Shown here piece after piece: positions 1 to 10,576 of a stretch of 64,000 nt of DNA. The notes beneath the pieces were generated by a model that worked only from the letters and a program-made list of their open reading frames with translations, had not been told where the DNA came from and did not search any database. Numbering within the stretch: the stretch's first letter is position 1; every line of letters begins with the position of its first letter. This DNA is from Promethearchaeota archaeon (lineage in GTDB: Archaea > Asgardarchaeota > Lokiarchaeia > Sigyniarchaeales > SOKP01): NCBI GenBank assembly GCA_019057865.1, contig JAHLWP010000015.1, positions 1-64,000 on the forward strand, in the 5' to 3' direction. A program made the translations under genes and the position numbers.

Positions 1-109
1 TCGGCTTTCCGACCACGGAAATTAATAGAAAAAAAAATAAATACTTGAATACTATTAGAAAAAAAACATTTTCTTAGAAAATTTTCTCATCTATCATTTA
101 GTAAGGATT

Positions 110-2026
110 TTAAAAAAATTGCTCTATTTCAGCGAGAAAAAGATCTGCAATTGCGAGCCATTTCTGCTTTGTCTCAGGGTCAGATGTACTTTTCTTTGTT
201 AAATTTTTACCTTTTTTGAGATTTTTAAGTGCTAAATCATAATTTTCAAGCGCTTTATAACAAATCCCTAATTTAATATAAGTTTGATAAATGTACCAAT
301 CATCACTTCCAATCACGATTGCTTTAAGGAATCTTTTTACGGCTTCATCGTACTCTTCAAAATACATCAAAATTTCACCAAAAGTGTCTTGATAAATTCC
401 ATTTTCTGGGTCATCTTTTATGAGCTTTTGAATAATTTGTATCGATTCTTCTTTTTTGTCTAAATACTGCATCCAATAAGCTTTATAACAAATAAGATCA
501 TTATCTTTTGGAAATTTTTGAATAAGTCTATTAATTATCTCTAATCCTGCTTTAATATTTTGCGTTCTTCTAAGAACAGCTGCCTTTAATATTTTAATAT
601 CTTTTTCACTTTCAGGAAAAAGTTCAAGCAAATTATCCAATAGTTTTATTGCTTCTTGGTATTGATTAAAATAAATCAAAATTCTAATCTTCAAATAATA
701 TAAATCAAGGTCTTCGGGGTTTAATTCAATTTTCTTATCAATCCCTTTTATTTGTTCTTCATATTGATTTTCTAAATTTTCAGAGATTTGTGATTGAAAA
801 ATATCTGTTATGTTCTGCCAAATAATTCCTTCTAATTTATCATAAGTTTCTTTTAATTCTTTTTTAGTCTCAATTTTATAAGCAAGATATTTAATATATT
901 CTGGTAAAAATTCTCTTAATGACGCGTTCAAATCTTTATTAAATAAGAATTCACAACTCTTGTTTGCGATATCATTTATAATGGATTCCAAATCTATTGT
1001 AGGCACATTTGGCGTTGGTTTTGAAAAAAGCTTATTCAAATAAGAAACTTTAGTAATTTTATTCTCTGTAATTACTCGAAATATTCTTTCTAATCTTCCA
1101 TCTGATTGAAAGTAATATTGCTCACCCGATGGTTGTTTTAACTTGAAAAATCTTAATGGATATATTTTACCTTCTGAAATTTCGTCAATATAATAATCAA
1201 GTGTAGTTTTTTTAATTTTATAGAGTTTTGAGAAATCTTCAGAGGAAATAAAGTTTGGATATTGATCTGGATGATTAATTGAAAGAAAAAGTAAGATTTT
1301 ATGAAATATCTCCTCATCTTTTAATAATGGTTTTACTTTTTCATAATCTAATGTTAATATATTGGTAAGAAATCTAAATTGAATATCTTTATCTTTAATT
1401 CTGAATGTATCTAAAAATTTAATAGTTTTATTAGTAATCTCTTCAATTCGTTTACTCTCCTCCTCTAATATAGTTTGCCTATCTAAATCATAATTTTTAA
1501 GCATTCTTGAATACTCTGATTTACCTGCTCGGGTAATTATATATTTTCCATCCTCCTTTATTACAAAACCCTTTTCAATTAATAAACTTAAATTCTTTGA
1601 CAATGAAGATTGATTTATGGATAAAGGATCTTCAAGGAAGTCAGACCTTTTGCAATAATTATTATTGTAAACCATCCATAGAATCCAGTGGGAGTAATTT
1701 CTTCCACTTTTTAAGATTATTTTAGGAGGATAATTTGGTTTACGTGTCTTTTTCTCCGCACTTGATAACTCATGAAACTTATTTTTCCCCTCTGAAGTGA
1801 TTCTGTAATGCCCTCTTGAAAAATTTTCTACAAAGCCCTTACGTTTTAATGTTTCTAAATGTCTAGATAAAGTACCTGTAGGAATTTCAGTTGGTTCTTG
1901 ACGGAAGTCTGCCCATTTACACACGTCATTATTATTCAACATCCAGAGAATAATATGGTCATAGTCTGGCTTTTTCAACTTGGAAGGGCTATAGATCTTT
2001 TCTGGAGGATAATTTATGATTCCCAT
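110..2026 (-). CDS. Tandem winged-helix (2x wHTH) + C-terminal TPR protein, putative transcriptional regulator
   Basis: Internal repeat YPP.KI..Y.H.ILWM..C...DF...LS..L..L...GFV...Y.IT..GK occurs twice; C-terminal TPR-like helices (YQDTFGEILMYFEEYDEA, YIKLGICYKALENYDLA). Confidence 0.8.
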   Translation of the reverse strand: MGIINYPPEKIYSPSKLKKPDYDHIILWMLNNNDVCKWADFRQEPTEIPTGTLSRHLETLKRKGFVENFSRGHYRITSEGKNKFHELSSAEKKTRKPNYPPKIILKSGRNYSHWILWMVYNNNYCKRSDFLEDPLSINQSSLSKNLSLLIEKGFVIKEDGKYIITRAGKSEYSRMLKNYDLDRQTILEEESKRIEEITNKTIKFLDTFRIKDKDIQFRFLTNILTLDYEKVKPLLKDEEIFHKILLFLSINHPDQYPNFISSEDFSKLYKIKKTTLDYYIDEISEGKIYPLRFFKLKQPSGEQYYFQSDGRLERIFRVITENKITKVSYLNKLFSKPTPNVPTIDLESIINDIANKSCEFLFNKDLNASLREFLPEYIKYLAYKIETKKELKETYDKLEGIIWQNITDIFQSQISENLENQYEEQIKGIDKKIELNPEDLDLYYLKIRILIYFNQYQEAIKLLDNLLELFPESEKDIKILKAAVLRRTQNIKAGLEIINRLIQKFPKDNDLICYKAYWMQYLDKKEESIQIIQKLIKDDPENGIYQDTFGEILMYFEEYDEAVKRFLKAIVIGSDDWYIYQTYIKLGICYKALENYDLALKNLKKGKNLTKKSTSDPETKQKWLAIADLFLAEIEQFF

Positions 2027-2098
2027 AATTTGAGAAAACTTAATTTTATTTTCTAAATTATAGATCGTTTTCTTTTCTATTTATATCTATTTCATAGA

Positions 2099-2131
2099 AC
2101 TTCCATAAAAAATCGAAACTATCATGGAAGT
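2099..2131. promoter_or_regulatory. Inverted repeat ACTTCCAT-N17-ATGGAAGT upstream of TATA-like TTATAAA; candidate operator
   Basis: 8-bp perfect arms in the divergent intergenic region; identical copy at 9147-9179, variant at 10433-10461. Confidence 0.5.
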
Positions 2132-2245
2132 ATCGGAAGCTCAATTATAAAGGTAACTATATCTCAACATTTAATTGATCATCGTATTGATGATAAAACC
2201 AAATTTTTAAAAAAAAAAAAGAGTTGGATAAAAAAAATATTTGAG

Positions 2246-2944
2246 GTGAAAATGGTAGTGAAAAAGAAATCAAAAGTGACTACAGCACTGATTCCGGTAT
2301 TATTTTTAATAGGTATCATAGCAATTGTTACACCAGTGAACGCTTGTTACACTAATCGCATTTACATCATGGCAATAGGAGATGATCTAGATCTCCCTAG
2401 AACTAGTAATTTTATCATAGGGAACATTAAATTCAGTGGAGACAGTGAGCCCCCATCGGCAGGAGTATTTTTCTATTCAAAAATCTATGGTGAATCAGGT
2501 GAAAAATATGCGATGCTAGGAATGCTCAAAAATGGATTCCTTATAATGACCGATTTCGAATTTTATTGCCCAATCTTTGATGTCTGGTGGATTAACGTTT
2601 GGTGGGTCATGGGTGAGGGAATATTTAGAACTACTGATACCGATATCGAGGTATATTTTCGAGAGTCGCTTACAATAGCCATGCCAAATACCGAAGGTCA
2701 ATGCGTTCCAGCTTCCATTTTTATGTGGCTAAGCCCTACAGCTGAATATCGTGAATCGGAGGGTAATCCCACCGATCCCGAAAATCCCCTAAGACCAACA
2801 GGCCCAGTTAAAATTTGGGAACAAGGAGGATGGGCCCTTGCTGGGGTTTTTTGGGATGTTGGCATCCCTATGGATTTTGGGTTTGGAGTTGGTATATTGC
2901 CGATCGGTGTGATATCCTATTTGACAATATCCATAGGAATATGA
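2246..2944 (+). CDS. Secreted/surface protein, paralogue P1 (chimeric)
   Basis: Basic N-terminus, hydrophobic stretch and PVNA cleavage-like site; GAGGTGA RBS; homologous to 9294 and 10577. Confidence 0.8.
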   Translation: MKMVVKKKSKVTTALIPVLFLIGIIAIVTPVNACYTNRIYIMAIGDDLDLPRTSNFIIGNIKFSGDSEPPSAGVFFYSKIYGESGEKYAMLGMLKNGFLIMTDFEFYCPIFDVWWINVWWVMGEGIFRTTDTDIEVYFRESLTIAMPNTEGQCVPASIFMWLSPTAEYRESEGNPTDPENPLRPTGPVKIWEQGGWALAGVFWDVGIPMDFGFGVGILPIGVISYLTISIGI

Positions 2945-3328
2945 ATCCCATAACGCTAAGTCAATCGTAAGAGATAAAAAATAATGTAATATCTTAATTA
3001 AAATATAGAAAAAGAGAGGAACATGTTTAGATAATTGGCTTCTCGAATGACCACACCTAAACCAATATTCCTCCATTCTATATATCTTTTTTTTAATTAT
3101 TAAATTTAATGGACTATAGAATCTTTACACTATTGTATAATACACTAATTAAATTAATAATTATAACATTGATTTCAAACCCAATTTAAGTTAATATTAA
3201 TGGAGATAAACTCTCTTGAGCCTCTCATAAAAGAGATTTTTATTGCGAGAACTCTTCATTAAGCATTAGATTTAAAATTCTAATTAGCTTAATATTTCAT
3301 AAAGTTATAATCCAAATCAAATGAATAC

Positions 3329-5284
3329 ATGTCTCACATAGGGCTAAAGCAATTAACAAGAGCGGAACAGTTTTTTGATGCTGGTAAGCTTGATGAGGCT
3401 CTTGAAATATTAAACGATTGGAAGCAATTTGAGGGGCTTAATCCTCAGCAAAAAAACCATTTTCAGTTTCTTAAGGGCTTAATTCTATTTTATCAGAATA
3501 AAAGTGAAGAAGTTTCTAAATTGGGTGAACAGTTATTAAAAGAAGGGCAAAAACTTAATGAACCTCTCCAATCGGTTGATGGATATTTTTTTATAATCGT
3601 TGGACCAGGTCTAGCTAATAAATTTGACGAAGCATCCAAATTTCTTGAAAAAGCTGAAGGTTCGTTAAGGCTTATTTCTAATAGACCTAGAGATGTTTTA
3701 ATTCAAAGAGAAGTTCGTATAAGATTGGCAAAAGCATTTATTAATGTGTTTGGAGGTAATATAGAAATAGCAGAGAAGTGCGTAGACTGGATCTTAGGGT
3801 CACAAAAAGACCTTGGTATATCATTCGAAATTGTTTGGGCTAATATATTAATGGCACTAATAATGGGTAAAGCAAAAAGTAAATTTGATCTTGGTCTGGA
3901 ATACATCAAGAAAGCAATGTCAATAGCAAAGGAAATTAAATTTAACCACTTCTGGATTGCTATATGTCATCTAATTTTTGGGGCGTTATATAATGCTATT
4001 GGCGAATTTAATATTAGCTTGAAACATCATATGAAGTGTTTAGCGATATTTAAAGAAATTAACAACAGTTTCTATACTGCAGGAGCACTTAATAATATAG
4101 GATCCACCTATATTTCTATTGGTGATTATGATCTTGCTTTGGAATATTTAGAAGAAAGTTTATCATATTATGAAATCCAATCTATACAATTACAACTCCC
4201 TCTTGGTAATTTAATTGATGTGGCTCTGGAAATAGGAGATAATCAACGTGCGCAAAAATATTTTCAACGCTTAGAAGATATGTACAATCAAACAAAAGAT
4301 GAAGATGTCATTTTAATCTATCAATTCGCTAAAGCTTTAATGTTAAAAAGCAGTTCTCGAATCCGCGATAAAGCTAAAGTTGAAGAATTATTGAAAGAAG
4401 TCATCAAAACAGAAACTATTCGTTTTGATCTTATTATTTGCGCAATTATCCATCTTTGTGACTTGCTTCTTTTAGAATATCGTCTAAATAATAATAGTGA
4501 AGTACTTGATGAACTAAATCACTACATTGCTAAATTATTAACTATAGCTGAGAAATCACATTCATATCTAGTTTTTTGTGAAACATTCATATTACAAGCC
4601 AAATTAGCTTTAATAAATTTTAATCTGAAAGCAGCCCGACGATATTTAACTCAAGCTCAAAAGATAGCGGAATCATATGGTATAAAACGATTAGCAATGA
4701 AAATTTCACATGAGCATGATGAATTACTTAGACAAATAAAGATGTGGGAGAATTTAAAAGAATCAGAAGCGTCTTTATCTGAACGCTGGAAATTCGCTGG
4801 TTTGAACGAGCAAATGGAGAATATGGCAAGAAAACGAATGATTGAAGCTCCTAAGATCTCAGAAGAGGAGCCTGTTTCAATTTTAATCATAACCGAAGGG
4901 GGAACTTCTATATTTTCCCATTCCTTTATTAAAGATAAAGCATTTGAATCTCATATTTTTGGTGGTTTTATAACCACTATTGATTATTTTATTAGGGAAA
5001 TGTTTTCTGAAGGACTAGACCGCGCAATCTTTGGTGAATATACTCTTCTTATCAAATCTATTCCCCCTTTTTTTATTTCTTATATATTTAAAGGTGATTC
5101 TTATTATGCTTATCAGAAGATAACTTATTTTATTGATCATATCCAAAAAGAAGATGTTATTTGGCAAAATTTACTTAAATCTTTTCAAGTAAGCCAGTCT
5201 ATTCACTTAAAAGATATCCCCTTACTTGAATCCTTAATAACAGATACATTTATCACTAAAAATATCGTATCTAGTGAATTATAA
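3329..5284 (+). CDS. TPR-repeat protein with C-terminal longin-like domain
   Basis: TPRs (ALNNIGSTYISIGDYDLALEYLEESL); C-terminal ILIITEGGTSIFSHSF...HIFGGFITTIDYFIREMF resembles the longin fold start. Confidence 0.75.
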   Translation: MSHIGLKQLTRAEQFFDAGKLDEALEILNDWKQFEGLNPQQKNHFQFLKGLILFYQNKSEEVSKLGEQLLKEGQKLNEPLQSVDGYFFIIVGPGLANKFDEASKFLEKAEGSLRLISNRPRDVLIQREVRIRLAKAFINVFGGNIEIAEKCVDWILGSQKDLGISFEIVWANILMALIMGKAKSKFDLGLEYIKKAMSIAKEIKFNHFWIAICHLIFGALYNAIGEFNISLKHHMKCLAIFKEINNSFYTAGALNNIGSTYISIGDYDLALEYLEESLSYYEIQSIQLQLPLGNLIDVALEIGDNQRAQKYFQRLEDMYNQTKDEDVILIYQFAKALMLKSSSRIRDKAKVEELLKEVIKTETIRFDLIICAIIHLCDLLLLEYRLNNNSEVLDELNHYIAKLLTIAEKSHSYLVFCETFILQAKLALINFNLKAARRYLTQAQKIAESYGIKRLAMKISHEHDELLRQIKMWENLKESEASLSERWKFAGLNEQMENMARKRMIEAPKISEEEPVSILIITEGGTSIFSHSFIKDKAFESHIFGGFITTIDYFIREMFSEGLDRAIFGEYTLLIKSIPPFFISYIFKGDSYYAYQKITYFIDHIQKEDVIWQNLLKSFQVSQSIHLKDIPLLESLITDTFITKNIVSSEL

Positions 5285-5401
5285 CTTCTAAATTAAATAA
5301 ATGCTGTTTTTACCAAAATTCATTTAGCTAAAATTTTATATTTTACAATATCTAATTTTACATACAAGTATAATAAAATTTGAGAAACACTTACTGATTT
5401 A

Positions 5402-5956
5402 ATGACTAAAACTCAGGAATTTGGATTTAAGATATCTATAATAGGAGATGGAGGGGTCGGTAAAACATCTTTAATAAAAAAATTTACGAAAGGGACCTTT
5501 GAAAAAGATTATATTAAGACTATAGGTGCCCAATTTTCGAGATATGATAAAGAAATTAATGGGGATGCTATTAATTTAGTATTTTGGGACATAGCTGGCC
5601 AAGATGATTTTAATTTTTTACACCCTTTATTTTATAAAGAAAGTAGAGCCAGTATTATTGTATGTAGCCTTGAAGCAAATGATTTAGGTAATAATAGCTT
5701 TCTTCATATAAAGAATTGGTATAATGAATTAAGCAAGTATTGTGGCGATATTCCTGTAGTTTTATTTGCCAATAAATTTGATTTGGTGAATGAAAATAAT
5801 TTAAATGAACTTGAAATACAAGAAATTGTCAAAGAATATAATTTTCTTGGATACTATATTACTTCTGCAAAAACAGGACAGGGAGTAATAGAAGCATTTA
5901 ATGCAATTATTGAAAAATTATATTATAAATATAAAAAGTTATCCTCCCAGGAATAA
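5402..5956 (+). CDS. Rab/Ras-like small GTPase
   Basis: G1 GDGGVGKTS, G2 YIKTIG, G3 WDIAGQ, G4 NKFD, G5 TSAK; no C-terminal prenylation Cys. Confidence 0.95.
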   Translation: MTKTQEFGFKISIIGDGGVGKTSLIKKFTKGTFEKDYIKTIGAQFSRYDKEINGDAINLVFWDIAGQDDFNFLHPLFYKESRASIIVCSLEANDLGNNSFLHIKNWYNELSKYCGDIPVVLFANKFDLVNENNLNELEIQEIVKEYNFLGYYITSAKTGQGVIEAFNAIIEKLYYKYKKLSSQE

Positions 5957-6061
5957 CTTAATTGTAATTCTCTTCAATCTGCATAATCTCTGCAAATATT
6001 CATGATAATGAAATAGAATTTCTAAAAAAAAAATGATTAGAATTATCAATTGAATCTAGTT

Positions 6062-7063
6062 TCATTTTTGAAATTCTTTTGGAATATGGACAGCAAACTT
6101 ACATTCCACTTTTCCTGTAAGAGGGGTTTCAATTGGCTCTACTTTAGTTGGTTGATCGAATATGATATCCCAATATTGTTTAGTGAATCCAGCACTGCAA
6201 TGACAGAAATTAGGAGAAATTTCTTGCTCAGTACCGTTCTTAATTGCACCTCGTACCCAAGCACAGTAACAACTATAATATCTTTTCATCCTTTCGTCCT
6301 CAGCATTTAGAAGTTTTTTTATTTGATACGGTATTTTAGTAACAATTATTTTATCTCCTTCTCTTATTCCAGGAGTGATTGTTGGATTGCTTTTTATATA
6401 TTCTACTACTTCTTCATCAATATACTGAGCATATTCTAAAGTACCCTCTTTTTGGTGTTTTTGAACTCTTTCTACAAATTCCTGCTTTTTCAACTTTAAA
6501 AATTCATCAATATCACTTAATCTTAAAAAATCCTCTCTATCTCTTTTAATGGGTTCAAGAGGGCGTCCATGCAGGCAAGGTGCTAATAATTTTATGGTGT
6601 CTTCTACACTGAGTTTCTCTTCTAGTCTTTTCATAATCTCTTTTGTAAATTCTGGTTTTTTATCAGGATCGCCTCCTAAAGGCGGAATGTCTATATTTTC
6701 AAAAATTTCATCTCGAATTTTTTCATCGAATTGCTCAGCAATTCTGAGATATAGATTGTCCATTGCATTAGAGGACTCTTCGATATCAATAATCTCAACG
6801 ATATAATCATATTTTTTTGTGAAATAAGCATAGTGATATAGAGCTATTAACAATTCTAATACAGTTTTACTTTCATTTTCAACTAAATATTCTGTATATT
6901 CGAGGATTCCTCCAGTGGGAATTGAATCAACATTCAAATCCTCTTTTTTGAGATAACTATTAAATTGGTTTAATCTAGAAACAAAACCCGTAGCCTGCTC
7001 TTGAGTAATATTATTCTGTAAAAGATATTTCATGAAAACTTTTTCTTTCAAAATAAAATACAC
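6062..7063 (-). CDS. Cys-rich hypothetical protein (DUF6144-like C-terminal domain)
   Basis: YSCYCAWVR...FCHCSAGF..QYW...C.FAVHIP motif set; start may be the ATG at 7033. Confidence 0.6.
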   Translation of the reverse strand: MYFILKEKVFMKYLLQNNITQEQATGFVSRLNQFNSYLKKEDLNVDSIPTGGILEYTEYLVENESKTVLELLIALYHYAYFTKKYDYIVEIIDIEESSNAMDNLYLRIAEQFDEKIRDEIFENIDIPPLGGDPDKKPEFTKEIMKRLEEKLSVEDTIKLLAPCLHGRPLEPIKRDREDFLRLSDIDEFLKLKKQEFVERVQKHQKEGTLEYAQYIDEEVVEYIKSNPTITPGIREGDKIIVTKIPYQIKKLLNAEDERMKRYYSCYCAWVRGAIKNGTEQEISPNFCHCSAGFTKQYWDIIFDQPTKVEPIETPLTGKVECKFAVHIPKEFQK

Positions 7064-7157
7064 TTTTATTTTTAGTTATCCTGGAAGAATAAATTAAGGA
7101 TATAATTTATCAACTTCGATATGCTTATATTTTCAATAATCCACTTTTATATTTAAT

Positions 7158-9074
7158 TTAATAAAATTGTTCTATTTCTGTGAGAAAAAGATCTGCGATT
7201 GTGAGCCATTTGTGCTTTGTCTCAGGGTCAGATGTACTTTTCTTTGTTAAATCTTTACCTTTTTTGAGATTTTTAAGTGCTAAATCATAATTTTCAAGGG
7301 CTTTATAACAAATCCCTAATTTAATATAAGTTTGATAAATGTACCAATCATCACTTCCAATCACGATTGCTTTAAGGAATTTTTTTGTTGCTTCATCGTA
7401 CTCTTCAAAATACATCAAAATTTCACCATATGTATCCTGATAAATTCCATTTTCTGGTTCGCCTTTTATGAGGTTTTGAACAATTTTTATCGATTCCTCT
7501 TTTTTGTCTAAATATTGCATCCAATAAGCCTTATAGCAAATAAGATCATTATTATTTGGAAATTTTTGAATTAATTCATTAATTATCTTTAATCCTGCTT
7601 TAAGATTTTGCATTCTTTTAAAGACAGCTGCCTTTAGCATCTTAATATCCTTTTCACTTTCTGGAAAAATTTCTAGCATTTCTTCTAATAATTTTGTTGC
7701 TTCCTGGTATTGGTTAAAATACATCAAAATTCTTATCTTCAAATAGTAAAATTCAAGATTTTCTGGGTTTAATTCAATATCCTTATCAATTTTTTTTATC
7801 TGTTCTTCATATTGATTTTCTAAACTTTGAGAGATCTGTGCTTGAAAGAGATCTGTTATGTTCTGCCAAATTATTCCCTCTAATTTATCATAAGTTTCTT
7901 TTAATTCCTTTTTAGTCTCAATTTTATAAGCTAGATACTTAATATATTCTGGTAAAAACTCCCTTAATGATGTTTTCAAATCTTTATTAAATAAGAATTC
8001 ACATGCCGTATTTACAATATCATTTATGATAGATTTCATATCAATTGTAGGCACTTCTGGCGTTGGTTTTGAAAAAAGCTTATTCAAATAGGTGATTTTA
8101 GTGATTTGATTCTCTGTGATTACCCGAAATATTCTTTCTAATCTTCCATCTGATTGAAAGTAATATTGCTCACCTGATGGTTGTGTTAATTTGAAGAATC
8201 TTAATGGATATATTTTTCCTTCAGAAATTTCGTCAATATAGTAGTCTAGTGTAGTTTTCTTAATTTTATAGATTTCTGAGAAATCTTCAGAGGAAATATA
8301 GTTTGGATATTGATCTGGATGATTAATTGAAAGAAAAAGTAGGATTTTATGAAAAGTATCCTCGTCCTTTAATATTGGTTTTACTTTTTCATAATCTAAT
8401 CTTAATATATTGTTAAGAAATCTAAATTGTATATCCTCTTCTTTAATATTGTAATTCTCAAAAAATTTGATGGTTTTTTTAGTAATCTCCTCAATTCGTT
8501 TACCCTCCTCCTCTAAAATAGTTTGTCTATCTAAATCATAATTTTTAAGCATCCTTGAATACTCTGATTTACCTGCTCGGGTAATTATATATTTTCCATC
8601 CTCTTTTATTGCCAATTCCTTTTCTATTAATAAACTCAAATTCTTTGACAATGAAGATTGATTTATGAATACAGGTTCTTCAAGGAAGTCAGACCTTTTG
8701 CAATAATTATTATTATAAACCATCCAAAGTATCCAGTCAGAGTAATTTCTTCCACTTTTTAAGATAATTTTTGGAGGATAATTTGGCTTACGTGTCTTTT
8801 TCTCCGCACTTGATAACTCATGAAACTTCTTTTTCCCCTCTGAAGTGATTCTGTAATGCCCTCTTGAAAAATTTTCTACAAAACCCTTACGTTTTAATGT
8901 TTCTAAATGTCTAGATAAAGTACCTGTAGGAATTTCGATTGGTTCTTGACGAAAGTCTGCCCATTTACATGATTCATTATTATTCAACATCCAGAGAATA
9001 ATGTGGTCATAGTCCGGCTTTTTCAACTTGGAAGGGCTATAGATCTTTTCTGGAGGATAATTTATGATTCCCAT
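7158..9074 (-). CDS. Tandem wHTH + TPR protein, copy 2
   Basis: Same length (638 aa) and high identity to 110..2026. Confidence 0.8.
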   Translation of the reverse strand: MGIINYPPEKIYSPSKLKKPDYDHIILWMLNNNESCKWADFRQEPIEIPTGTLSRHLETLKRKGFVENFSRGHYRITSEGKKKFHELSSAEKKTRKPNYPPKIILKSGRNYSDWILWMVYNNNYCKRSDFLEEPVFINQSSLSKNLSLLIEKELAIKEDGKYIITRAGKSEYSRMLKNYDLDRQTILEEEGKRIEEITKKTIKFFENYNIKEEDIQFRFLNNILRLDYEKVKPILKDEDTFHKILLFLSINHPDQYPNYISSEDFSEIYKIKKTTLDYYIDEISEGKIYPLRFFKLTQPSGEQYYFQSDGRLERIFRVITENQITKITYLNKLFSKPTPEVPTIDMKSIINDIVNTACEFLFNKDLKTSLREFLPEYIKYLAYKIETKKELKETYDKLEGIIWQNITDLFQAQISQSLENQYEEQIKKIDKDIELNPENLEFYYLKIRILMYFNQYQEATKLLEEMLEIFPESEKDIKMLKAAVFKRMQNLKAGLKIINELIQKFPNNNDLICYKAYWMQYLDKKEESIKIVQNLIKGEPENGIYQDTYGEILMYFEEYDEATKKFLKAIVIGSDDWYIYQTYIKLGICYKALENYDLALKNLKKGKDLTKKSTSDPETKHKWLTIADLFLTEIEQFY

Positions 9075-9293
9075 AATTTGAGAAAACTTAATTTTATTTT
9101 CTAAATTATAGATCGTTTTCTTTTCTATTTATATCTATTTCATAGAACTTCCATAAAAAATCGAAACTATCATGGAAGTATCGGAAGCTCAATTATAAAG
9201 GTAACTATATCTCAACATTTAATTGATCATCGTATTGATGATAAAACCAAATTTTTAAAAAAAAAAAAGAGTTGGATAAAAAAAATATTTGAG

Positions 9294-9935
9294 GTGAAAA
9301 TGGTAGTGAAAAAGAAATCAAAAGTGACTACAGCACTGATTCCGGTATTATTTTTAATAGGTATCATAGCAATTGTTACACCAGTGAACGCTTGTTACAC
9401 TAATCGCATTTACATCATGGCGAAAGGGGATGACGAAGATATTGCTGGAGCTACTACTTCAATCATAGCAATGATTGAATTCGATAAAGCTAGCGGCATC
9501 CCTTCAGTGGCACAAGTAGAATTCCAAACAAAAATTTATGATGAATCAGGAGAGAAAATTTATTCGATGAAGGGAAAGCTTATAGATGGTTTAATAATAA
9601 GCGATAGCTTTCAATTTTATTGCACAGTACGAGAAGTCACGTGGATTAACCTTTGGTTTATCATGGGTGAGGGAAGACTTAAAACTACTGATACAGTTAT
9701 CGAGATAGAATATCGAGGGCAAACAATAACCTTGCCAAATACGGAAGGTCAATATATTCCATTTTCCATTTTTATGATGGTAAGCCCTAAAGGTGAATAT
9801 GTTTTAGGTGAAGATCCCGAAGTTTTTATTTGGCCACAAGGAGGATGGGCTACTGCTGGAATTATGGTTGGTGGAATCCCGAGCTTCGGTGTGGTAACCT
9901 ATTTGACAAAATACATGGAAAAATTGGTCCCTTAA
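9294..9935 (+). CDS. Secreted/surface protein, paralogue P2
   Basis: First 43 aa identical to P1, then diverged; shares KIY.ESGEK, WIN.W..MGEG..TTDT, PNTEG, W.QGGWA. Confidence 0.8.
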   Translation: MKMVVKKKSKVTTALIPVLFLIGIIAIVTPVNACYTNRIYIMAKGDDEDIAGATTSIIAMIEFDKASGIPSVAQVEFQTKIYDESGEKIYSMKGKLIDGLIISDSFQFYCTVREVTWINLWFIMGEGRLKTTDTVIEIEYRGQTITLPNTEGQYIPFSIFMMVSPKGEYVLGEDPEVFIWPQGGWATAGIMVGGIPSFGVVTYLTKYMEKLVP

Positions 9936-10029
9936 CACTAAGTCAAGCGTAACAGATAAGAAATATATTCTAAAATCTTTTTTTTTTTTTTTCATCTCAT
10001 TTTAAATTAAATATAGGATTGAATGTGTT

Positions 10030-10299
10030 GTGCTAGAACAAACATTTCTAAATAATAACTCTTCTAACTTCACAATCCTACACTTCACAATCCTACACTG
10101 TATCATAACTGATAAAGTCACGGGTGAAATATTACAACATTCCATTTACGGAGATACTTCAAGGGACTATCGGATTAACGAACTTTCTGAACAGTATATA
10201 ACAAACTTCAAGACTCATAAAATACCTACAACCTATTTAGTTAGTATTTACAGGAGAGGTTTCTTTATAGGTGATTTTACCTTTACTACAGTCAAATAA
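10030..10299 (+). pseudogene. Short ORF or gene remnant with an in-frame 15-bp tandem duplication
   Basis: ACTTCACAATCCTAC x2 at 10067-10096 (FTILH FTILH); no recognisable family or RBS. Confidence 0.3.
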
Positions 10300-10576
10300 A
10301 TTCTAATTCCAAACTTTTTTTTTAAATATTCTCATCCTACAAATTTTTTCGAACTAGTTTTTCACATCAATTTTTTTTTCACTTTGTCATCTTACTCTGG
10401 CATACATGAGGCAATTTATTAAATTTTCTTTTCTTCCATAAAGAATCGAAAGTTCCATGGATATATCGGAAGCTCAATTATAAAGGTAATTCTATCTCAA
10501 CCTTTAATTAGTCATCATAAAGATGATAAAACCTAAAATTAAAAAAAAAAGAGTTGAATAAAAAGAAATATTTGAG

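Larger units (their letters stand above)
110..6489. repeat. Copy 1 of tandemly duplicated wHTH-TPR / secreted protein / TPR-longin / Rab / Cys-rich protein module
   Basis: Colinear DNA and protein homology with 7158..14758; homology ends at CCTGCTTTT (6481-6489 = 14750-14758). Confidence 0.95.

Noticed and set aside
1-21. TCGGCTTTCCGACCA could be a tRNA 3' end (an integration site next to the duplicated block)
   Set aside because: Only 15 nt are visible and there is no T-loop; it is equally explained by the hairpin TTTCCG-ACCA-CGGAAA. Upstream sequence is needed.
2942-2953. TGA-ATC-CCA-TAA at the end of P1 and P3 as C-terminal Sec readthrough
   Set aside because: It aligns with TTG-GTC-CCT-TAA (Leu) in P2, not Cys, and there is no redox motif; a slightly premature stop is simpler.
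2789-3076. 95-aa minus-strand ORF
   Set aside because: It overlaps P1, and the homologous DNA in copy 2 has a stop at codon 5.
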